In this document: positions 43,810-52,169 of the stretch, in pieces
Numbering within the stretch: the first letter of the stretch is position 1
Layout: every line of letters begins with the position of its first letter
DNA from: Candidatus Cloacimonadales bacterium
Lineage (GTDB): Bacteria > Cloacimonadota > Cloacimonadia > Cloacimonadales > JAFGVF01
Length of the DNA stretch: 64,000 nucleotides
Direction of reading: 5' to 3'
Assembly (NCBI GenBank): GCA_963667035.1
Contig: OY762964.1
Coordinates: 352,001 to 416,000 of the forward strand
Position numbers and translations under genes: made by a program
The notes under the pieces: model-generated
What the model saw: only the letters and a program-made list of their open reading frames with translations
Told to the model about the DNA's origin: nothing
Databases searched by the model: none

Positions 43810-45298
43810 TCTGTCCTCCGGATTTGACTTTACAGAAATCCATTAACTCAATAATATCTAGAGCTGTATTCAAAAGTATGTTGTCACCTAAGGAATGATA
43901 TTCAATTAGATTGCTCGGGAAATTTAAATACTTGCTTAATAGTTCAGTATTAGCTTTTCCTGTTTTCAGTATAGTTCTTAATTGCTTGTATTTGTTTCTA
44001 CCTGCAGCATCTTTTTCATTGGTAGCTAAATTGTGTTCATTTTTTGATTGTTCCCATATTTTCATAGCTGTCTTAATTCTACAAGGTCTCTGAGTTAGTA
44101 TTTCGATTGTATCTTCATATTTGTTTAGATAGTTTATCTCTCGAATGGTTTCAATATCTTCGGAACCTGATGGGAAATGTACATGCCAGTCAATTGTATT
44201 TACGTATTCAATACTATCATCTACATTCCAAATTCTACTTTTAACTTTTGCTGAAGAAAGTAAAGACTCTGCTAATGCGTGAGCTTGTGAGAACGGATAT
44301 GTGTATTTCGTGAAAGCTATTCCCGCTGAAATGGTTGTATTAGATAAAGCTGTACAAAACTTGTCTACAATATCAAATGCGATTTCAGGAACCGATATTA
44401 TTAACAAATCATCTCCTCCCAGCATTAAGACCTGATATTTATGATTGTCATGGATTTTACATGATGCTTCCAGAGCCTTTCGGTAAGCTTCTCTTCTCGA
44501 GAACCAGAACTTTTCATATTCAACTAATGTCTCAAACATGGGCTTTAGTTTTAATAACTCTCTTTTATCTTTGAAACAGTCCCCCATTGCATTACCATCA
44601 ATTGCAATTACTGCCATTTTATTGTTTGACGGAATTATTGAAGCCTTTGCAAGACTCTCAAAGTCAACTGGCATATTATCTGCTTTATTTGTTTCTTTTA
44701 GAAAAGTGGATAGAAAATCTGAAGTTTTTCTACTGTAGAAGTCTTCCCCCTGTTTCTTAATATGTTTAGAAAACTGGCTTTCATTTTTACTTTTTACTAG
44801 TTGAGGATTAATCCCATCATCCGAGGGGTAAAAGTACGGATTATCAATAAATATGTCGCTTGGCTCTTTACACAGTGTTTCTGTTCCTTTATCCTTGAAA
44901 TCATCAAGTGTCTTTATCTCCTCAAAATCACATTCAATGCATCTTATTGAGAGACTAACTCCCGGAATTATTTCCTTTCCTCTATTAAAAGCTGATAAAG
45001 CGAACTCCTTTGCCTCTTCAGATGTAGTAAATAAAGAATCGAAATGCCCACCTGCCGAACTGATTATCCCTTTCTCGAAATTTGCTTTCAAATCATCAGT
45101 TTCCCACTTCTCGTTAATCTCTATACTTGATATATAGTTAGTCCACTCTTCTGGAACATCATATTTTTCTCGAAGCTTCGGAAGTTCCTTCACAAAGAAT
45201 TCTCCAAGCAGAGAGTTTGCACCCAACATTGTTTTAAGTTTTGGAAGTTTAAAGATAAATGATTGTACTTTATTTGTTTTTAGGAATAAATAGACCAT
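43796..45298 (-). CDS. cas10: Cas10, HD-less, intact GGDD palm
   Basis: 'VQSFIF..L....GANSLL', 'SAGGHF', 'IDGNAMG', 'LGGDDL', 'ISAGIAF', 'AESLLSSAK'; only 500 aa, no N-terminal HD domain. Confidence 0.95.
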   Translation of the reverse strand: MVYLFLKTNKVQSFIFKLPKLKTMLGANSLLGEFFVKELPKLREKYDVPEEWTNYISSIEINEKWETDDLKANFEKGIISSAGGHFDSLFTTSEEAKEFALSAFNRGKEIIPGVSLSIRCIECDFEEIKTLDDFKDKGTETLCKEPSDIFIDNPYFYPSDDGINPQLVKSKNESQFSKHIKKQGEDFYSRKTSDFLSTFLKETNKADNMPVDFESLAKASIIPSNNKMAVIAIDGNAMGDCFKDKRELLKLKPMFETLVEYEKFWFSRREAYRKALEASCKIHDNHKYQVLMLGGDDLLIISVPEIAFDIVDKFCTALSNTTISAGIAFTKYTYPFSQAHALAESLLSSAKVKSRIWNVDDSIEYVNTIDWHVHFPSGSEDIETIREINYLNKYEDTIEILTQRPCRIKTAMKIWEQSKNEHNLATNEKDAAGRNKYKQLRTILKTGKANTELLSKYLNFPSNLIEYHSLGDNILLNTALDIIELMDFCKVKSGGQNETH

Positions 45299-45518
45299 TG
45301 AAATCCTCCTTCATAGCATTGACTTGTTATCCTACATTTATAATTAAGTAAACTGCTGTTTTCGAGCAATTACCCTTTGAGCTTAGATTTACCTGATTAT
45401 TCAAAACCATGAATCTATAGATAAGCAATTATTCTTTCCGGTATCAAGTAGCCTTATAGAAAATACCTCAATGCCGAAACTCCGTATTATTCTCTTGGCT
45501 CCCGCTTCTTTTTGATCT

Positions 45519-45600
45519 TTTGGTCTACTCTTGCATTACCCTTGGGTTTCCCTTGCAAAGTAAGGGAAACCCAAGGGTAATGCAACGGAAACCTAAGCTT
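45519..45600. repeat. 11-nt-phased inverted-repeat element (CTTG/CAAG core)
   Basis: TTGCATTACCCTTGGGTTTCCCTT / AAGGGAAACCCAAGGGTAATGCAA perfect IR; CTTG at 45530, 45541, 45552. Confidence 0.8.
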
Positions 45601-45805
45601 ACTTTTTCAAATTCAATCCTCTAATCGTTATCTTATCGTTTAAGGTGAAGTGTGTAACTTATCAAGATTAAAACCCGATTATGGAACTGATAAACTGAGA
45701 GCCAATCAAATCGATGAAGGACTGATTGCTTGGATTTATCAATGTAATTGTATTTAGAGGAATGGGATTATTAATTAATCTCTAATGAAAACTGTTTATA
45801 TTTTC

Positions 45806-45835
45806 AAAAATCCTCTGCCGAAGCAGAGGTCATTA
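45806..45835 (-). terminator. Likely terminator of array-2 transcript
   Basis: Minus strand CCTCTGC-TTCG-GCAGAGG then ATTTTT. Confidence 0.65.
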
Positions 45836-45955
45836 TCTTCTGAGATTCTTCTTATTATCGCATTATTGCAGAGTTCTTTCGCAATATCAGTCCTCAGTTA
45901 TATAAATAATAACAACAATTAACAATCCGGCAATCAATTACTTTTCCCCTTAAAT

Positions 45956-46419
45956 AGACTAACCCCTCCTTATGCGGAGGTCAATTTCAACAAATTTGCA
46001 AAAGTGGAAAAATCCTTCTGATGTCGTAACCCCTCCTTATGCGGAGGTCAATTTCAACACAAGACTCACTAAGAGATCTTTGATAAAATTAAGCAATAGT
46101 CGTAACCCCTCCTAGAGCGGAGGTCAATTTCAACTCTCGAAGATAACGAGGGTAACCCGATAGCCGTGTCGTAACCCCTCCTAGAGCGGAGGTCAATTTC
46201 AACTTAAAGAGTGTGGTTTATTTATGAGCAATTACATTAGGTCGTAACCCCTCCTAGAGCGGAGGTCAATTTCAACTCCTATAAAGGACAAGGAATTCTT
46301 GGCAAATGTAAAAGTCGTAACCCCTCCTAGAGCGGAGGTCAATTTCAACTATTTGAAACAATTCTAAGAGCAACCAACTGAAGGTCGTAACCCCTCCTAG
46401 AGCGGAGGTCAATTTCAAC
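45956..46419 (-). CRISPR. CRISPR array 2: 7 repeats (terminal one degenerate), 6 spacers
   Basis: Repeats at 45956 (degenerate), 46023, 46099, 46168, 46241, 46314, 46384; spacers 31-40 nt. Confidence 0.97.
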
Positions 46420-46702
46420 CGCTACCATTTTCAACCCTCTGATAATGTACGTTTAAAACCCCATTTCTGTGAGTCTCCCAAAAAAGACTCAAAAAACACC
46501 CTATTTTGGAGAGATCCGCAGGATTTTATATAACTCCATGACTGTCAATAAGATATAGAAAAAGACAGAAAAAGTGACTAACGTTAGCATTTACAAAGAG
46601 TTATGCCAATATCCATAATCCTTTTGCTCTATCAAAGACAAGCAAAAAACGATTCACCGCAAAATTCGAAGAAGCTGCTGTACAGATTGCTTTAACCTGC
46701 AT
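46420..46702 (-). promoter_or_regulatory. CRISPR leader 2
   Basis: Begins CGCTACCATTTTCAACCCTCTGATAATG, identical to leader 1, and stays alignable for about 280 nt. Confidence 0.85.
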
Positions 46703-47114
46703 TTAGCAAACTTCAAAAACATAAGCACATTGGGTGATAAGTTTACAAGCACTTCTATAATATTAACAATGATCTAGTTTAAATAAGTAACAAAACCGGA
46801 AGATGTCAATAAAAAAATGTTTTAATAGATATTAAAATAAATTATGAGGTTATTATTGATGATGTATAACTGGTAAAATCCCTAACCGGAATATTTTCCA
46901 ATATGTTAATAGGCTCATCAAGGGTACAGAAACCTTTTAAAGGAAAAGTTAGTATATGACTTGGCAGTTTCTTTAGTAGCAGTTACAGCAATTATAAGAG
47001 TTGTTCTATTTATGAGAAAATTTATTAATCGGATAATGATTCATGCTTCTTCCCAATAGAAAACGATTTCGTCTATTATGATTATAATTTAAATATGTGA
47101 GCAATTAGATTAAT

Positions 47115-47390
47115 TTGTTTTATACATTGACTGTTGAAAATGATTCCTTGATATCGAGTTGGGATGATGTAGGAGCTAGTAGTTATTCTGTATTCAATGC
47201 GAATACTTCTTTCCCAATAATGTGGGGAAACATCTCTGAAATAGGTTCTTTCGAAACTAACGGAAATAGAGTTAGTTGGGTTATTAATCTACCTGAATTA
47301 CCTATGTAGTATTATAGAGTAACCGCTACAAATAATGTTGTTATTAGAGAAATTGGACAAGCTTTATGGATTAACAATCTTAGATAAAAG
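47115..47390 (+). pseudogene. Remnant of a secreted-protein FN3-like domain
   Basis: 'SWDDVGASSYSVF...' then in-frame TAG followed by 'YYRVTA'; no clear start. Confidence 0.35.
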
Positions 47391-47525
47391 AGGTAAGATA
47401 AATGCATCTCAACCACTTCATAGTTCTCTTATTTTGTAATACAAAATAGAATGCCAACAGAATTCGTAAAATAGAGAATATTTTGTTTATTATAGCACTG
47501 AAGGCTATAAACAATACTTCCACTT

Positions 47526-47578
47526 ACTCTTAATCAACGGGTCTAGGGTTCTAGTCCCTACAGGAGTACAACCTTTTA
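47526..47578 (+). repeat. Degenerate 3' half of tRNA-Lys (att site)
   Basis: ACTCTTAATCAACGGGTCTAGGGTTCTAGTCCCTACAGGAGTACAACCTTTTA matches 32449-32501 with 4 mismatches. Confidence 0.9.
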
Positions 47579-48307
47579 TCATTTCCAAGTAAGTTTCATC
47601 TTAAAGAGTTCTTTATCATTATAAAGTATCTGGTGCTCATGAATAGTGTCACTTAGTTTGCCGGAGACTATCTCTAGTTCCTGACCAAGTTTTGCCTCAT
47701 TAATGAACAATAGCTCAATTTTCTTAAGCTCATGATCGGCTATGTATTCAGGCTTGTAATAGTCAAGGCACCAAAGGGAATAGCATGAGTTGTTAACGTG
47801 GTTGTTAACGTCTATATCGAATAGTTTCACAGTTACATTATGCTTAATGGAGAGGTCTGATTGCAAGACAATTTTATCTTTAATGGTATTACCAAAGAAC
47901 AGTTTTGAAATATCGATAGGTGCTTGTTCATAGAACTCTGATGTTCTAACAGGTTTCCTGGAATCTCGTCTTATAACAAACCAGGAACTGGAAGCATATC
48001 CTATGACTTTATCTTCCAGAATAATCTCGAATTCTCTGTAGCAGAAAAGTCTATCCATACCGGGTGACCAAGTCTTGATTGTAATCACATCACCCCATTT
48101 AGGCCATTCTTCCATATTAATCATCTGTTTATGTAGAACCCATGTCATACCTATTGCTTCCAGGTCATGATATCCCAGTCCCAGGTCTTTAGAGTGTTTC
48201 CAAGCAGTTTCTTGTAGAAATCTGGCTAATACAGGTAAATACAGTTTTCCTTTAAAATCAGTATTAAAGGATCTGACTTCATATTTGTCTTCTCTCATCT
48301 GTTTCAT
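47579..48307 (-). CDS. Acyl-ACP thioesterase
   Basis: 'WPKWGDVITIKTW', 'DIDVNNHVNNSCY'; GAGGTG RBS before ATG 48307. Confidence 0.9.
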   Translation of the reverse strand: MKQMREDKYEVRSFNTDFKGKLYLPVLARFLQETAWKHSKDLGLGYHDLEAIGMTWVLHKQMINMEEWPKWGDVITIKTWSPGMDRLFCYREFEIILEDKVIGYASSSWFVIRRDSRKPVRTSEFYEQAPIDISKLFFGNTIKDKIVLQSDLSIKHNVTVKLFDIDVNNHVNNSCYSLWCLDYYKPEYIADHELKKIELLFINEAKLGQELEIVSGKLSDTIHEHQILYNDKELFKMKLTWK

Positions 48308-48464
48308 ATTCACCTCACTTCTACTAGAAAACAACTGTTAACTTGAATGTCAAATAGTATTATCATTTTCTGAGAGTTCATTCATTTTTATTGCTGTGTT
48401 AGCCAATTCATGGGAGGTAACCCTCCAATCTCCAGATTCTCTCATGACATATAACCACAACCAA

Positions 48465-48526
48465 CTTACGAGACTCTTGCATAATCCTTGCATAAATCTT
48501 GCATAACTATGCAAGAACGATGCGAG
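48465..48526. repeat. 11-nt-phased inverted-repeat element (CTTGCAT core)
   Basis: CTTGCATAA at 48476, 48487, 48498; ATGCAAG 48509, ATGCGAG 48520. Confidence 0.8.
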
Positions 48527-48630
48527 TTTTTTGTGACATGTATGCTTTGATTTTGTGCTTGTTAATCACGGGCAAAACGGGAGATCATAACGTGAAAGTT
48601 TCATGGCAAACTCCATCACAGCATAATCAT

Positions 48631-48755
48631 CCCACTGTTTTTCCACTGTGCAGGCACTGCTAACCCGGTGTTTCAGTGCGTGGATAGTGGGATTACAGTG
48701 CCTGCACAGTGCGAGCACAGAGCGTTGACAGAATAGGGAGTGTGAGAGAACAGTG
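48631..48755. repeat. 11-nt-phased inverted-repeat element (CACTG/CAGTG core)
   Basis: CACTG at 48633, 48644, 48655; CAGTG-like at 48674, 48685, 48696, 48707, 48718, 48729, 48751; 16-bp perfect IR 48644-48659/48696-48711. Confidence 0.85.
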
Positions 48756-48949
48756 AGGGGGCTGAAATGACGTAACTTATTGGAAAACTCACTGCTTACG
48801 GTTCTATGATAACGAGTACAGCGTAAAAACTAAGAAATCATATCGTTATTGCTATTCGAGTGAAGATTTAAAGTCATAATTATAAGCAATTAATTTATTG
48901 ACAATGTTATCTAATATCTAATAATCTTAATCCATAACTGGAGGTATAC

Positions 48950-51900
48950 ATGAAGAAAACTGTACTTTTATTTATTCTATGTTTATTTACACTTCTAACT
49001 GCAGTCCCTGCATCACCATACCCAATATCGGTGAAACAACCGGACGGCTCAAAGCTTACCATCAAATTGAAAGGTGATGAATATGTGAACTGGGCACAAA
49101 CGGAAGACGGATATACTCTTCTGAAAGATAGCGGTTTTTACTGCTATGCAACTAAGAGCGGAGAAGACTTGGTGAGTTCCGGAATTCGAGCTCATGATAA
49201 CGAAAAATCTGTTGAACGTAGTTTCCGCAGTATGAATGAACCGGATTTACGCTTTTCCCAAAGACAAATTGATGAGAAATTAGCTACTTTTCCTAAAAGG
49301 GACTACTTGCAAAGAGTGAGTAGATTTCCAACTAGCGGAACACGTAATCTGCTTATGATTCTAGTTAACTTCTCTGATACAAGTACACTTTACTCTCAAA
49401 ACGACTTTAACAATTATATGAATCAAGTGAACTATAACGGAACTGGTAGTTTCAAGGACTATTATCTTGAATGTTCACATAATCAACTGACAGTGAATAC
49501 AACCGTTACTGCATGGGTAACAGTTAGCGGTACACATGATTCTTACGGTCCCGAATCTATGTGGGATATTCTTGCTTATCAAGCCGTTCAAGCAGCTGAT
49601 GCAGCAGGGGTTGATTTCTCATTGTTTGATAATGATAATGACGGTTCGGTTGACGGAGTAGCCATAATTCATCAAGGCTCCGGTCAGGAAGCTACGGGTG
49701 ATACCGATGATGTTTGGTCTCATAGTTATACTTTGGAAGCTAGGTATAGTACGGGACAGAGGACATTTGACGGTGTATTGGTAGGCGAGTATACTATGCA
49801 ACCTGAGATATACGGAACAGGAACAACAATGTCTACTATAGGTGTTATGTGCCACGAGTTTGGTCACAATCTAGGTGCACCTGATTATTATGATACGGAC
49901 TATTCAGCGAACGGTCAACAGTCGGGAACCGGATACTGGGATTTAATGGGTAGCGGATCATGGAATAATAACGGATACACTCCTGCACATCATAATCCGT
50001 TTACTAAATGGAAACATTATGGCTGGACATCTCCTGCACTTTTGCAAGCATCTAGCAGAAAGACTCTTGATAGCGTAGTGGACAGTAATAATGATTTCTA
50101 CTATTTTGAGACTTCAACCGCCGATGAATACTTTCTTTTGGAAAACAGACAGAAAGTTGGATTTGATGCTTCACTTCCCGGACACGGTTTGATGATATAT
50201 CATGTTGATGAAGACTATATTTTTGCACATCAAAATGCTAATGATATCAATGCTACAAGTCATCAGGGATTATATCCTAAAGCTGCAAACGGTACTGTAA
50301 ACTATAGCTCATGTCCTTTCCCCGGTACATCTAATAATACCCTCTTTAACGATGACTCTACACCGAACAGTAAGTCTTGGGCTGGTGAAGATAGTTATCA
50401 GAATATTGTAATTATCAGCGAATCAGGTGGAAATGTAACCTTTGATTATCTCTGGGATACAGCTATTGCAGATATAACAACTCCAGATACTGACGATTAT
50501 GTTTATCGTGGTACATTTGTTCCGGTGGCAGTAGACGTCTCGACTTTCTATTGTGCTGTCAATTATGTAAGCTTAACTATTAAGAATTCAAGTGGTGTAA
50601 CTACACGTTCACTATATGACTATACTGCACCATATTCTTTCATATTGAATACCGAGAGTTTATCTGTCGACAGATATTCTCTTACAGCACAGGCTCATAT
50701 TGACGGTGGTATCACTTTAACAGACCTTATACATTTAAATGTTAATAGTGATCCGGAACCTGCCACTAATCCAACTCCCGAGGATTTAGCAGTTGACGTA
50801 GAGCCGTCTACACTTCTATCATGGTTACAGTCAACAACCGGAATAGACCCGGATGCTTATAAACTATACCTCGGGACAACCAATCCACCCACGACTTTGG
50901 TTATGAATGATAATGTAACAAGCTTTAATCCTACTCTTAACTATGGAACTACATATTACTGGCAGGTTGTTCCTTATACTGTAGAGGCTAAGTCTGCTAA
51001 GGGAAATGCCACAAACTGCCCTGTTTGGTCATTCACAACAATGGAAATCCAAGCAACGGATGATACACCTTCGGGGAATATTACTCCGGTGAATGATTCC
51101 GAAATTCCGGAAGGAACAGCTATCACTGTAGAAGACCCACCTGTAACACCGGAAGTTCCCGAAGGCTCGATAGCCATTGAAGACGTTGTAATCTCCGTTA
51201 CTTCTTCGACTCCTGTTGAGCTTACTGTTACAATCTATTTTGATAGTTATGCAACAAGTGTCTATTATGTTGAGGGTGGAGTGTATATACCGGACGAAGA
51301 CTTAACCTGGGATATTGATAATGTCTCCTTTGATTATATGTTTGCAGGGACAACAAAAGGTAGTTATACATTTGTTGTGACAGAGGAAGGTATTCCGTTG
51401 GCAATATCATTTTCTTTGTTTGAGGCTGAAGTGTTAACTGCCGAAGATGTTGAGATTCATTGGGTAACTGAATCGGAAGCTTACATTAATCATTATAATG
51501 TCCTAAGAAGCAAAGAAGATCCTGCGGAAGAGATGACGAATTTGACTATAGATTCACCTATCTTTGCTAAACATAATGAAACGACAACCGACTATTACTA
51601 TACTGATAAAGAGTTTAAGCAAGGCGAAACCTATTTCTACTGGTTAGAGGCTGTTGATTACAGTGGGCATTTCTCGCTGTACGGTCCAATAGAAGTGACT
51701 TGTGAATATAATGAAAATCCTGAGGATATTCCCGAAGCAAGTGTCACATCACTCACAAGTTTGTACCCTAACCCGTTTAATCCTAATCTGAATATCAGCT
51801 TTAGCTTGAAAGAGGAGCAGGATGTCTCAATTGAAATTTACAATACCAAAGGACAATTAGTATCTACCCTTGCAGGAGAACATCTGCAAGAAGGTGAATA

Positions 51901-52018
51901 TACAAGAGTCTGGAATGGATTGGATAACAAACGAAAAGCGGTTCCGTCAGGGATTTACTTTATCAGATTAATGACAGATAGTAAGGTGTTTACCAATAAA
52001 GCGGTATTACTAAAATAA
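48950..52018 (+). CDS. M6 family (immune inhibitor A-like) metalloprotease with C-terminal sorting domain
   Basis: Signal peptide, 'QPDG..GDE' prodomain, 'CHEFGHNLGAPDYY', 'WDLMGSGSWN', 'EYFLLENR', CTD 'YPNPFNP..SGIYF'. Confidence 0.92.
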   Translation: MKKTVLLFILCLFTLLTAVPASPYPISVKQPDGSKLTIKLKGDEYVNWAQTEDGYTLLKDSGFYCYATKSGEDLVSSGIRAHDNEKSVERSFRSMNEPDLRFSQRQIDEKLATFPKRDYLQRVSRFPTSGTRNLLMILVNFSDTSTLYSQNDFNNYMNQVNYNGTGSFKDYYLECSHNQLTVNTTVTAWVTVSGTHDSYGPESMWDILAYQAVQAADAAGVDFSLFDNDNDGSVDGVAIIHQGSGQEATGDTDDVWSHSYTLEARYSTGQRTFDGVLVGEYTMQPEIYGTGTTMSTIGVMCHEFGHNLGAPDYYDTDYSANGQQSGTGYWDLMGSGSWNNNGYTPAHHNPFTKWKHYGWTSPALLQASSRKTLDSVVDSNNDFYYFETSTADEYFLLENRQKVGFDASLPGHGLMIYHVDEDYIFAHQNANDINATSHQGLYPKAANGTVNYSSCPFPGTSNNTLFNDDSTPNSKSWAGEDSYQNIVIISESGGNVTFDYLWDTAIADITTPDTDDYVYRGTFVPVAVDVSTFYCAVNYVSLTIKNSSGVTTRSLYDYTAPYSFILNTESLSVDRYSLTAQAHIDGGITLTDLIHLNVNSDPEPATNPTPEDLAVDVEPSTLLSWLQSTTGIDPDAYKLYLGTTNPPTTLVMNDNVTSFNPTLNYGTTYYWQVVPYTVEAKSAKGNATNCPVWSFTTMEIQATDDTPSGNITPVNDSEIPEGTAITVEDPPVTPEVPEGSIAIEDVVISVTSSTPVELTVTIYFDSYATSVYYVEGGVYIPDEDLTWDIDNVSFDYMFAGTTKGSYTFVVTEEGIPLAISFSLFEAEVLTAEDVEIHWVTESEAYINHYNVLRSKEDPAEEMTNLTIDSPIFAKHNETTTDYYYTDKEFKQGETYFYWLEAVDYSGHFSLYGPIEVTCEYNENPEDIPEASVTSLTSLYPNPFNPNLNISFSLKEEQDVSIEIYNTKGQLVSTLAGEHLQEGEYTRVWNGLDNKRKAVPSGIYFIRLMTDSKVFTNKAVLLK

Positions 52019-52032
52019 GATTCTAAAGATAC

Positions 52033-52060
52033 GAGAGGGTCAGAGTCTGACCCTCTCTTT
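52033..52060 (+). terminator. Intrinsic terminator
   Basis: GAGAGGGTCAGA/TCTGACCCTCTC followed by TTT. Confidence 0.8.
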
Positions 52061-52169
52061 ATTTCTCTACATCGGTAGTAATGATTATGCTGCATGAAGA
52101 GATATAAGCCATTTTCCTTGACACTATTAAACCATAGTTTAAACTTCAAAAAAATCATAAGGAATTAAA

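Noticed and set aside
32931..46383. Self-targeting spacers within this window
   Set aside because: No match noticed by eye; an exhaustive search was not possible, so no claim is made.
47526..47578. Second tRNA-Lys gene
   Set aside because: Lacks the 5' acceptor strand and D-arm, with mutated T-loop and CCA; treated as an att remnant.
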